DNA from: Balanoglossus misakiensis
Taxonomy: Eukaryota > Animalia > Hemichordata
Direction: 5' to 3'
Assembly (NCBI GenBank): GCA_040954595.2
Contig: JBECUI020000027.1
Span: 386,630-450,629, forward strand
DNA length: 64,000 nt
The position numbers were made by a program, and so were the translations under genes. Below are positions 1 through 10,666 of this stretch, piece after piece (position 1 is the first letter of the stretch; each line of letters starts with the position of its first letter). The notes under the pieces are model-generated. The model worked only from the letters and a program-made list of their open reading frames with translations, did no database searches and was not told the origin of the DNA.

Positions 1-344
1 GAATCATTCTGCCGCCTGCAAGGTTGTTGTCAAATAATGATCTATCTGCTGGAACATCCGAAACTCAGTCTCTTGCCACACGAAAAACTACAGCAGAGGG
101 AGAGGAAGTCATCTACAGAAGTATATATGTACTCACTCCAAATTCATATTTCAATGGCGCTGATCACGAGCTAGCTATTCATCAGACTATAGAGGTTATT
201 ATTGATTCTATGGGACATTATTTCATAAATTTTACAGATGTTATGAAATCACAAGAAGGCATATATTGGTTTCGATGGACGCCAGTCCTTCTCGGTACCT
301 TGTCCCCCGATGACTATATTGATTTGCGCATCATAGAAAGGTAG
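1..344 (+). CDS. Array-1 variable lipoprotein, copy 0 (3' end only; 5' part is outside the window)
   Basis: Translates to ...LSNNDLSAGT...SPDDYIDLRIIER, homologous to the C-termini of 1021-1983 and 2646-3611 and followed by the same spacer. Confidence 0.85.
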   Translation, partial: IILPPARLLSNNDLSAGTSETQSLATRKTTAEGEEVIYRSIYVLTPNSYFNGADHELAIHQTIEVIIDSMGHYFINFTDVMKSQEGIYWFRWTPVLLGTLSPDDYIDLRIIER

Positions 345-790
345 TCTTTGTCTCGGCAGGGGATGTGCCGTTCTCATGCTGGGACGGCTGCCAAGAATGC
401 CATGGAGAAAGAAAAAAAAGGCTCCCCTTGGGGCCCAAATGATGACTTGACAGTAACTTTCCAGGCTTAATCAGTCCCTCGGGGGCTAGAGGGAGTAAAA
501 ACGATAAGAAGAATCTGCTTACTGGTATCCCCAAAGCCCTAGGACAGGCTCTCGGGGTGTGCCCGCTCCCAGATGCCCGGGAAACCCTAGCCAGAACCCT
601 AATTCCCTATGGCTACTACGCTTTTTCTCAAGTTATTGACCAAAGAACAGACCATTTCTCCCCTTACCAAACAATAAAGAGATAACACCCCCCCTTGATA
701 AAATCCAGATAAGGAGATAAACTGAAAGTTAAGTTCAAATCTAGTAAACTAAAGCCTTGTAAGAGGCTATTTTTAAGGAGGCATACAAAG
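345..790 (+). repeat. Conserved ~440-bp array-1 intergenic unit (copies near 345, 1984, 3612, 5248, 10225; partial copy near 9890)
   Basis: Near-identical sequence precedes every array-1 gene. It contains a hairpin, a poly-C tract, a promoter and an RBS. Confidence 0.9.
695..723 (+). promoter_or_regulatory. Sigma70-type promoter of array-1 genes (TTGATA-N17-TAAACT/TAGACT), preceded by a C6-C9 tract
   Basis: TTGATA at 695-700, 17-nt spacer, TAAACT at 718-723. Repeated at about 2335, 3963, 5588 and 10571. Confidence 0.6.
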
Positions 791-1983
791 ATGATCAGCA
801 ATTTAAGGAAACTCACTCACTCACTCACTCACTCACTCACTCACTCACTCACTCACTCACTCACTCACTCACCAACTCTTGCGCGCTAGAACTCCAAAGA
901 AAGCCTAATTCCCTTCGCCGTTTTTCCCCGTTAAAAGCAATACTTTTCTGTATAATCCCAGCGCTGTTCCTGACAGGCTGCGGCAGCCCCACTCCGAGCA
1001 GTGAAGCCCTCATAACAACCTTGACCATCAACGGCCTGGAGGGAGTGGCAACAATTGAGGGAACCAAAGCCGTTTTTTCTTTTGATAAACTAGACTCAGG
1101 TGCGGTGACCGCCTTTGACCTCAGCGTATCCCCCGGGGCCACGGTGACCCATGCCGACGGTACCGCTCTGACGGCTGAAAATCTTCTTATCGGCGAGGAA
1201 TTCCCCGTGCTCGTTACCGCAGAGGATGGACTTACTACCCAAACCTACACCTTATTGATTACCGGGGATATTTTCATTACCAACAAATACAGCAACGGCT
1301 ACTACGTCTGGTTTGACCTAACCTTGCATCAAAATGCTACGGTGGATTTCTACGCAGTAGAAGAAGGCACTACCCTACCCAGCGCTGCTTCCGTAGCGGC
1401 CATGGATGACACCGATGGCGACCAAGCCGTTGACGGTCAACACTTCAGAGATGACTTGGTTGCCGGGGAATCCCACCGTATTGTTCTTTATAACTTGGAC
1501 ACCTCCAAAAACTACGATATTGGCGGCTATTTCAGTGATGGTAAGTATCCCGGCTCTCACGCCGCTGTATTGACACAGATGACTACAGCCGCAGAACCCA
1601 GCACCACGGGTAAGGTGGTTTGGCAGGCTTACGAAGGGCAGCGAATCATTCTGCCGCCTGCAAGGTTGTTGTCAAATAATGATCTTGCTGGAACATCCCT
1701 CTCTCATTCTCTTAATGTGCAAAAAACTACGGCAGAGGGGGAGGTAGTCATCTATGGCAGTATATTTATATTCATTCCAGGTACTTATCAAATTGGCTCT
1801 GATTACGACTCAGCTGTTTATCAGACTGTAGAGATTATTATTGATTCTAGGGGACATTATTTCATAAATTTTACAGATGTTATGAAATCGCTAGAAGGTA
1901 TATATTGGGTTCGATGGACGGCAGACGCTCGGGATACCGATTCCCCCGATGACTATATTGATTTGCGCATAATAGAAAGGTAG
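791..1983 (+). CDS. Array-1 phase-variable lipoprotein copy 1 (cadherin-like/Fn3-like stalk plus variable C-domain); out of frame at the SSR
   Basis: RBS and ATG 791 (MISNLRK). The frame after the SSR reads ...RRFSPLKAILFCIIPALFLTGC (lipobox) into ORF 1021-1983. ATG to ORF distance is 230 nt, not a multiple of 3. Confidence 0.8.
811..870 (+). repeat. (ACTC)15 SSR in the leader of array-1 copy 1
   Basis: Direct count. Lies 20 nt after ATG 791 (RBS AAGGAGG at about 775). Confidence 0.95.
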
Positions 1984-2431
1984 TCTTTGTCTCGGCAGGG
2001 GATGTGCCGTTCTCATGCTGGGACGGCTGCCAAGAATGCCATGGAGAAAGAAAAGAAAGGCTCCCGTTGGGGCCAAAATGATGACTTTTCAGTAACTTCC
2101 AGGCCTAAGCAGTCCCTCGGAGACTAGAGGGAGTAAAAACGATAAGAAGAATCTGCTTACTGGTACCCCGAAAGCCCTAGAATAGGCTTTCGGGGTGTGC
2201 CCGCTCCCAGATGCCTGGAAAACCCTAGCCAGCACCCTAATTCCCTATGGCTACTACGCTTTTTCTCAAGTTATTGACCAAGAAAAGATCATTTCACCCC
2301 CTTACCAAACAATAAAGAGATAATACCCCCCCCCTTGATAAAATCCAGATAGCGAGATAGACTAAAGCTTAAGTTCAAATCTAGTAAACTAAAGCCTTGT
2401 AAGAGGCTATTTTTAAGGAGGCATGCCAAAG

Positions 2432-3611
2432 ATGATTAGCAATTTAAGGAAACAAACTCACTCACTCACTCACTCACTCACTCACTCACTCACTCACCAG
2501 CTCTTGCGCGCTAGAACCCCAAAGAAAGCCTAATTCCCTTCGCCGTTTTTCCCCGTTAAAAGCAATACTTTTCTGTCTAATCCCAGCACTTTTCCTGACA
2601 AGCTGCGGTCCCACCGGTCCGAGCCGTGAAACCCTCATAACAACTTTGACCATCAACGGCCTGGAGGGAGCGGCAACAGTTGATGAAACCAAAGCCGTTT
2701 TTTCTTTTGATAAACTAGACTCAGGAGCGGTAAGCACCTTTGACCTCAGCGTATCCCCCGGGGCCACGGTTACCCATGCCGACGGTACCGCTCTGACAGC
2801 TGAGAATCTTGTTCTTGGCGAGGAATTTCCCGTGCTCGTTACCGCAGAAGATGGGCTTACTACCCAAACCTACACCCTATTAATTACCGGGGATATGCTC
2901 ATTACCAACAAATACAGCAACGGCTACTATGTCTGGTTTGACCTAACCTTGCATCAAAACGCTACGGTGGATTTCTACGCAGTAGAAGAAGGAACGACCC
3001 TGCCCAGCGCCGCTTCCGTGACGGCCATGGATGACACCGATGGCGACCAAGCCGTCGACGGTCAACACTTCAGAGATGACTTGATTGCCGGGGAACCCCA
3101 CCGTATTGTTCTCTACAACCTGGACACTTCCAAAAACTACGATATTGGCAGCTATTTCAGTGATGCTAAGTATCCTGACTCTCACGCCGCTGTATTGACA
3201 CAGATGACTACAGCCGCAGAACCCAGCACCACGGGCAAGGTGGTTTGGCAGGCTTACGAAGGGCAGCGAATCATTCTGCCGCCTGCAAGGTTGTTGTCAA
3301 ATAACGATATACCTGTTGGAACAACCGAATCTCATTCTCTTCATGTGCAAAAAACTACGGCAGAGGGGGAGGTAGTCATCTATGGCAGTATATTTATATT
3401 CATTCCAGGTACTTATCTATTCGGCACTGATTACGACCCAGCTGTTTATCAGACTGTAGAGATTATTATTGATTCTAGGGGACATTATTTCATAAATTTT
3501 ACAGATGTTATGAAATCACTAGAAGGTATATATTGGGTTCGATGGACGCATACATATCAGGATACCGATTCCCCCGATGACTATATTGATTTGCGCATCA
3601 TAGAAAGGTAG
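2432..3611 (+). CDS. Array-1 phase-variable lipoprotein copy 2; out of frame at the SSR
   Basis: ATG 2432 (also 2423). Lipobox FLTSC leads into ORF 2646-3611. Distance 214 nt (1 mod 3). Confidence 0.8.
2456..2495 (+). repeat. (ACTC)10 SSR, preceded by a degenerate ACAA unit, array-1 copy 2
   Basis: Direct count. Confidence 0.95.
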
Positions 3612-4059
3612 TCTTTGTCTCGGCAGGGGATGTGCCGTTCTCATGCTGGGACGGCTGCCAAGAATGCCATGAAGAAAGAAAAGAAAGGCTCCCCTTGGGG
3701 CCAAAATGATGACTTTTCAGTAACTTCCAGGCCTAAGCAGTCCCTCGGGGACTAGAGGGAGTAAAAACGATAAGAAGAATCTGCTTACTGGTACCCCCAA
3801 AGCCCTAGGACAGGCTCTCGGGGGTGTGCCCGCCCCCAGATGCCCGGGAAACCCTAGCCAGCACCCTAATTCCCTATGGCTACTACGCTTTTTCTCAAGT
3901 TATTGACCAAGAAAAGATCATTTCACCCCCTTACCAAACAATAAAGAGATAATACCCCCCCCTTGATAAAATCCAGATAGCGAGATAGACTGAAAGTTAA
4001 GTTCAAATCTAGTAAACTAAAGCCTTGTAAGAGGCTATTTTTAAGGAGGCATACCAAAG

Positions 4060-5247
4060 ATGATTAGCAATTTAAGGAAACTCACTCACTCACTCACTCA
4101 CTCACTCACTCACTCACTCACTCACTCACTCACTCACTCACCAGCTCTTGCGCGTTAGGACTTCAAAGAAAGCCTAATTCCCTTCGCCGTTTTTCCCCGT
4201 TAAAAGCAATACTTTTCTGTTTAATCCCAGCACTTTTCCTGACAAGCTGCGGCCCCACCGGTCCAAGTCGAGAAACCCTCATAACAACTTTGACCATCAA
4301 CGGCCTGGAGGGAGCGGCAACAGTTGATGAAACCAAAGCCGTTTTTTCTTTTGATAAACTAGACTCAGGTGCGGTGACCGCCTTTGACCTCAGCGTATCC
4401 CCCGGGCCACGGTGACCCATGCCGATGGTACCGCTCTGACGGCTGAAAATCTTCTTATCGGCGAGGAGTTCCCCGTGCTCGTTACCGACAGAGGATGGAC
4501 TTACTACCCAAACCTACACCCTATTAATTACCGGAGATATTTTCATTACCAACAAATACAGCAACGGCTACTATGTCTGGTTTGACCTAACCTTGCATCA
4601 AAATGCGACGGTGGATTTCTACGCAGTAGAAGAAGGCACTACCCTACCCAGCGCCGCTTCCGTTGCGGCCATGGATGACACCGATGGCGACCAGGCCGTT
4701 GACGGTCGGCACTTCAGAGATGCCTTGATTGCTGGGGAACCCCACCGGATTGTTCTCTACAACCTGGGACACTTCCAAAAACTACGATATTGGCAGCTAT
4801 TTCAGTGATGCTAAGTATCCCGGCTCTCACGCCGCTGTATTGACACAGATGACTACAGCCGCAGAACCCAGCACCACGGGCAAGGTGGTTTGGTCGGCTT
4901 ACGAAGGGCAGCGAATTATTTTGCCGCCTGCAAGGTTGTTGTCAAATAACGATATACCTGCTGGAACAATCGAATCTCATACTCTTCGTTCGCAAAAAAC
5001 TACTGGCAGAGGGGGAGGTAGGCAACTATTCCTTATTTTTTCTAATTCCAGGTACTTATCAATTCGGCGGTGCTTACGACCCAGCTGTTGATCATACTAT
5101 AGAGATTATTATTGCTCCTCTGGGATATTATTTCATAATTTTAAGGATGTTATGAAATCACAAGAAGGCATATATTGGGTTCGAATGACGGAGGGAGGTA
5201 CCGATTCCCCCGATGACTATATTGATTTGCGCATCATAGAAAGGTAA
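4060..5247 (+). pseudogene. Array-1 lipoprotein copy 3 with several extra single-base indels (pseudogene or consensus error)
   Basis: Homologous to copies 1 and 2 throughout. Indels at about 4405, 4488, 4767 and further 3'. Ends DDYIDLRIIER*. Confidence 0.7.
4080..4139 (+). repeat. (ACTC)15 SSR, array-1 copy 3
   Basis: Direct count. Confidence 0.95.
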
Positions 5248-5681
5248 GTCTTTATCCTTCCAGGGTAGATGCCGTTCACATGCTGGGACGGCTGCCAAAA
5301 ATGCATGGAGAAAAGAAGGCACCCGTTGGGGCCAAAATGATGACTTTTCAGCAACTTCCAGGCTTAAGCAGTCCCTCCGGGACTAGAGGAGTAAAAACGA
5401 TAAGAAGAATCTGCTTACTGGTACCCCGAAAGCCCTAGAATAGGCTTTCGGGGTGCCCGCTCCCCGATGCCCGGGAAACCTTAGCCAGCACCCTAATTCC
5501 CTATGGCTACTACGCTTTTTCTCAAGTTACTGACCAAGAAAAGATCATTTCACCCCTTACCAAACAATAAATGAGATACCCCCCCCCTTGATAAAATCAG
5601 ATAGCGGGATAAACTGAAGCTAAGTTCAAATCTAGTAAACCAAAGCCTTGTAAGAGGCTATTTTTAAGGAGGCATACAAAG

Positions 5682-6801
5682 ATGTTCAGCAATTTAAGGA
5701 AACTCACTCACTCACCAGCCTTGCGCGCTAGAACTCCAAAGAAAGCCTAATTCCCTTCGCCGTTTTTCCCCGTTAAAAGCAATACTTTTCTGTCTAATCC
5801 CAGCACTTTTCCTGACAGGCTGCGGCAGCCCCACTCCGAGCCGTGAAGCCCTCATAACAACTTTGACCATCAACGGCCTGGAGGGAGCGGCAACAGTTGA
5901 TGAAACCAAAGCCGTTTTTTCTTTTGATAAACTAGACTCAGGTGCGGTGACCGCCTTTGACCTCAGCGTATCCCCCGGGGCCACGGTGACCCATGCCGAC
6001 GGTACCGCTCTGACGGCTAAAAATCTTCTTATTGGCGAGGAATTCCCGTGCTCGTTACTGCAGAGGATGGACTTACTACCCAAACCTACACCCTGTTGAT
6101 TACCGGGGATATTCTGATTACCAACAAATACAGCAACGGCTACTATGTCTGGTTTGACCTAACCTTGCATCAAAATGCTACGGTGGATTTCTACGCTGTA
6201 GAGGAAGGAACGACCCTGTCCAGCGCCGCTTCCGTTGCGGCCATGGATGACGCCGATGGCGACCAGGCCGTTGACGGACAACACTTCAGAGATGCCTTGA
6301 TTGCTGGGGAACCCCACCGTATTGTTCTCTACAACCTGGACACTTCCAAAAACTACGATATTGGCAGCTATTTCAGTGATGGTGAGTACCCTGACTCTCA
6401 CGCCGCTGTATTGACACAAATGACTACAGCGCAGAACCCAGCACTACGGGCAAGGTGGTTTGGTCGGCTTACGAAGGTCAAAAAATAATTTTCCCTCCTA
6501 TAAGGTTGTTGTCGAGAGGAAATAGGAATAGGTTGTTTTTCTCAAGAATTGAGGGACAGAACCATCTTCCCATTTATATAGTGGTAGACGACAAGGGTAC
6601 CTGGGGCTGGGGCGGTGCGTATATTGCCGATATTCATAGTACGATGAGCGTTTTTTATGATTCTAGGGACTACATCTCCATAAAAATTGAAGGTGTTGCA
6701 AAGTCACTGGAACTTCCTATTACCTAAGCACACAGACAGACGAATCCCATGCCCCTTCTGATGATGATAGCTTTATTGATTTGCAAGTGCTAGAACGGTA
6801 G
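5682..6801 (+). pseudogene. Array-1 lipoprotein copy 4 with a divergent C-domain and several frameshifts
   Basis: Fragments 5863-6099, 6048-6488 and 6455-6727, with a terminal ...DDDSFIDLQVLER* ending at 6801. Confidence 0.7.
5702..5713 (+). repeat. Collapsed (ACTC)3 SSR, array-1 copy 4
   Basis: Same position in the leader as the other copies. Confidence 0.85.
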
Positions 6802-6893
6802 TTTTCTCCCATTCCCACAAGGGCCTGGATTTATGAATTTTCTTTTCCATTGTTTGGCTTTGTAGAAAGCTGACCCTTGTAAAGTTGGGGACT

Positions 6894-7022
6894 GCGTTAG
6901 GGATGCGGAGGGTGGCCGTCAGTCTCTGACTGGCGGCCAGATCCACCCGCCAGTAGGCGGGTGAGCCGTAGCGATAGCGGAGCCCGTAGCAGCCCGACCC
7001 CGGCAAAGCCGGGGGAACGCCC
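6894..7022 (+). ncRNA. Structured multi-hairpin element resembling the Flavo-1 RNA motif or a REP-like repeat
   Basis: Starts GCGTTAGGGAT and ends AGCCCGACCCC...GGGGGAACGC (GCGTT/AACGC closing pair). Internal stems: GGCCGTCAGTC/GACTGGCGGCC, CACCCGCC/GGCGGGTG, CCCCGGC/GCCGGGG. The family assignment is from memory, not from a search. Confidence 0.55.
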
Positions 7023-7312
7023 AATTCTTTATTTGTCAGATCAGATTTTATTGTCGCTAAGGTAGAGTGGAAAAGGATTTTTATCTTCTTTTCCTTTTTT
7101 AAGCTATGATTTCTCCTTTTACAACCCTGCTCCTGGGAATGCTTTGTCTTGTGAAAAATATGGAGGGAGGGGGGAGAGATGTATTTCTTTGTGTGATAGA
7201 GGGTTATGAAAAAAGCCATCGGGGGAGGGGAGCTTAGGTGTTTTTGATCATATTATTCGATACATTCACAATGTGGGGGTAGAATGGTATAAGTCAATAA
7301 TCAGGAGTGTGT

Positions 7313-7684
7313 ATGTTACGAAAAAATGGATTGTTTCTTTTGGTGATTGCCTTGGCTTTTTCTACTGTGGCCTGTGAACTTTTTCAAGATAGCATTGGCG
7401 AGGGTACGTATTTTGTTGGTGTTTGGCAAGTCAACTCCGGTGATTTAGGCACTTTTACCTTTCTAGCCGATGGTACATGGACCCGTGTAGGCGCTAGTGG
7501 TGGTCATGAGAATGGAACTTTCAGTGCAACAGGTAATGCCTCCAGCGGTGTCCTTCTATTGAAGTCAGAATTATTCTCCTTCATTGCAGGTGAGCATGAG
7601 TATGTGTTTAACCCTGAAGGTACAGAGGTTGAGATCACTTGGGAGGCTTCCTTCATCGGGAAATCGGTTCTGGTTAAGCAATAA
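7313..7684 (+). CDS. Small beta-rich (lipocalin-like) lipoprotein, copy A
   Basis: RBS AGGAG, MLRKNGLFLLVIALAFSTVAC lipobox, FVGVW...FTFLADGTW motif. Confidence 0.8.
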   Translation: MLRKNGLFLLVIALAFSTVACELFQDSIGEGTYFVGVWQVNSGDLGTFTFLADGTWTRVGASGGHENGTFSATGNASSGVLLLKSELFSFIAGEHEYVFNPEGTEVEITWEASFIGKSVLVKQ

Positions 7685-8050
7685 TCCAGGAAATTTATCC
7701 GACTGAGATATCACAGACCCTAGCAGCCCGACCCCGGCAAAGCTAGGGGAACGCCTAATTCTTTATTTTTTAGGTCAGATTTTATTATAGCTAAGGTAGA
7801 AAGGAAAAGGATTTTCATCTTCTTTTCCTTTCTACCCTTAGCTATGATTTCTCCTCTTAAAACCCTGCTCCTGGGAATGCTTTATCTTGTGAAAAGCATG
7901 GATGGCTTCGGGGAAGTTAGAGTTATATTTTTTTCACAGTATAGGGTTACATGAAAAAATCATTGAGGGAGGGAGGCTTTAAGGTTTTTTAAATGGATAA
8001 ATTTATGAGTAGGGGGTAGAATAGTATAAAGCAAATCATAAGGAGTGTGT

Positions 8051-8435
8051 ATGTTACGAAAAAATGGATTGTTTCTTTTGGTGATTGCCTTGGCTTTTTC
8101 TACAGCGGCTTGTGAACTTTTTCAAGATAGCATTGGCGAAGGTACGTATTTTGTTGGTGTTTGGCCAAGACAACACAGGTGGGGAAGGCAAGTTTACCTT
8201 TCGATCCGATGGTACATGGACCCGTGTAGGCGATATTTCGGGTAATTACGATGGAACTTTCAGTGCAAGAGGTAATGCCACCAGCGGTGTCCTCGTATTG
8301 AAGTCAGATGAAATCTCCTTATTTCCAGGTGAGCATGAGTATGTGTTTAATACTGATGGTACAGAGGTTGAGATCACTTGGGAAAACTACATACTGGGAG
8401 ATCTGGAGGGGAAATCGGTTCTGGTCAAGCAATAA
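8051..8435 (+). pseudogene. Small lipoprotein copy B with a +1 frameshift near 8165
   Basis: ORFs 8045-8245 and 8085-8435 join into a full paralogue if one C in TGGCCAA is removed. Possibly a sequencing error. Confidence 0.7.
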
Positions 8436-8593
8436 TCCAGGAAATTGATCCGACCTGAGATAGCATAGACCCTAGCAACTCGCCCCCCGGCAAGGCCGGG
8501 GGGAACGCTCAATTCTTTATTTCCCAGGTCAGTTTTTATTATAGCTAGGGTAAAGTGGAAAAGGATAATATAAGCAAATAATAAGGAGTGTGT

Positions 8594-8977
8594 ATGTTGC
8601 GGAAAAATGGATTATTCCTTTTTATAGTTGTCTTCGCTTTTTCTATAACGGCTTGTGGACTATTTCAAGATAGTATCGGCGCAAGTACGTATTTTGTTGG
8701 TGTTTGGGAAGATCCCTTTGGTGGGGAAGGCACGTTTACCTTTCGAGCCGATGGTACATGGACCCGTGTAAGTGATGTGTGGGGTAATCTCAATGGAACT
8801 TTCAGTGCAACGGGTGATGCCTCCAAGGGTATCCTTGTGTTGGAGTCATCATTCCCCTCCCTTTTTACAGGTGTGCATGAGTATGAGTTCGAACCTGGAG
8901 GTAGAGTAGTTGGAATCTCTTGGAATACTATATTACTGGGATTGTTGGGGGTATCGATTCTGGTCCTCAATTACTAG
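8594..8977 (+). CDS. Small lipoprotein copy C
   Basis: RBS AAGGAG, lipobox ITAC, paralogue of A. Confidence 0.8.
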   Translation: MLRKNGLFLFIVVFAFSITACGLFQDSIGASTYFVGVWEDPFGGEGTFTFRADGTWTRVSDVWGNLNGTFSATGDASKGILVLESSFPSLFTGVHEYEFEPGGRVVGISWNTILLGLLGVSILVLNY

Positions 8978-9136
8978 TCCAGGAAATTTATCCGACTGAG
9001 ATAGCACAAACCCTAGTAACTCCCCCCCCCCGGCCTTGCCGGGGGGAACGCTCAATTCTTTATTTCCAAGGTCAGTTTTTATTATAGCTAGGGTAAAGTG
9101 GAAAAGGATAATATAAGCAAATAATAAGGAGTGTGT

Positions 9137-9520
9137 ATGTTGCGGAAAAATGGATTATTCCTTTTTATAGTTGTCTTCGCTTTTTCTATAACGGCTTGTG
9201 GACTATTTCAAGATAGTATCGGCGCAAGTACGTATTTTGCTGGTGTTTGGGAAGATCCCTATGGTGGGGAAGGCACGTTTACCTTTCGAGCCGATGGTAC
9301 ATGGACCCGTGTAAGTGATGTGTTGGGTAATCTCAATGGAACTTTCAGTACAACGGGTGATGCCTCCAAGGGTATCCTTGAGTTGGAGTCATCATTCCCC
9401 TCCCTTTTTACAGGTGTGCATGAGTATAAGTTCGAACCTGGAGGTAGAGTAGTTCTAATCTCTTGGAATACTATATTACTGGGATTTTTGGGGGGGAAAT
9501 CGGTTCTGGTCAAGCAATAA
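9137..9520 (+). CDS. Small lipoprotein copy D
   Basis: Near-identical to copy C, with an A/B-type C-terminus (KSVLVKQ). Confidence 0.8.
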   Translation: MLRKNGLFLFIVVFAFSITACGLFQDSIGASTYFAGVWEDPYGGEGTFTFRADGTWTRVSDVLGNLNGTFSTTGDASKGILELESSFPSLFTGVHEYKFEPGGRVVLISWNTILLGFLGGKSVLVKQ

Positions 9521-9892
9521 TCCAGGAAATTGATCCGACCTGAGATAGCATAGACCCTAGCAACTCGCCCCCTGGCAAGGCCGGGGGGAACGCTCAATTC
9601 TTTATTTCCAAGGTCAGTTTTTATTATCGCTAAGGTAGAGTGGAAAAGGATTTTTTCTCTTGCTTTCCTTTTTTCAACTATGGTTTCTCCTTTTACAACC
9701 TGCTCCTGGGAATGCTTTGTCTTCTGAAAAACACAGATGGCTTCTGGGTTGGTAGAGATATATTTCTTTGTTTTTGATAGAGGGTTATGAAAAAAGCCAT
9801 CGAGGGAGGGGAAGCTTAAGGGTTTTGGGTCATATTAAAAGAAGACGGCTGGCTATATAGAGAAGACGCTGGACCCGCCTGTGAATGTCTTT

Positions 9893-10556
9893 ATCCTACC
9901 AGGGGAGATGCTGTTCTCATGCTGGAAGGGACCAAGAAGGCTGGGAGAGAGGAAGAAAAGGCTCCCGTTGGGGCTAAAATGATGACTTTTCAGCAACTTC
10001 CAGGCCTAAGCAGTCCCTCATGAGCTAGCGGGAGTAAAAACGATAAGAAGAATCTGCTTACTGATAACCCAAAAGCCCTAGGATAGGCTTTCGGGGTGTC
10101 CCGCTCCCAGAGATGCCCGGGAAACCTTAGCCAGCACCCTAATTCCCTATGGCTACCACGCTTTTTCTCGAATCATTGACCAAAGAACAGACAATTTCTC
10201 CCCTTAGCAAGCAATAAAAGGTAGTCTGCATCCTACCAGGGGAGATGCTGTTCTCATGCTGGAAGGGACCAAGAAGGCTGGGAGAGAGGAAGAAAAAGCT
10301 CCCGTTGGGGCTAAAATGATGACTTTTCAGCAACTTCCAGGCCTAAGCAGTCCCTCATGAGCTAGCGGGAGTAAAAACGATAAGAAGAATCTGCTTACTG
10401 ATAACCCAAAAGCCCTAGGATAGGCTTTCGGGGTGTTCCCGCTCCCAGAGATGCCCGGGAAACCTTAGCCAGCACCCTAATTCCCTATGGCTACCACGCT
10501 TTTTCTCGAATCATTGACCAAGAACAGACAATTTCTCCCCTTAGCAAGCAATAAAG
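9893..10556 (+). repeat. Tandem duplication (~337-bp period) of the array-1 intergenic unit
   Basis: ATCCTACCAGGGGAGATG... occurs at 9893 and 10230, nearly identical through GCAATAAA. Confidence 0.9.
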
Positions 10557-10666
10557 AGATAACACCCCCCTTGATAAAATCCAGATAAGGAGATAGACTA
10601 AAAGTTAAGTTCAAATCTAGTAAACTAAAGCCTTGTAAGAGGCTATTTTTAAGGAGGCATACAAAG

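Noticed and set aside
1021-1023. ORF-track starts at 1021, 2646, 5863, 10854 and 44173 as true starts
   Set aside because: They lack an RBS and would omit the signal peptide encoded in frame upstream.
6773-7219. 148-aa minus-strand ORF
   Set aside because: It spans the structured repeat and an upstream region repeated elsewhere; no recognisable protein features.
6894-9600. Integron cassette array
   Set aside because: The repeats lack the RYYYAAC...GTTRRRY arrangement, the genes are paralogues, and there is no integrase.
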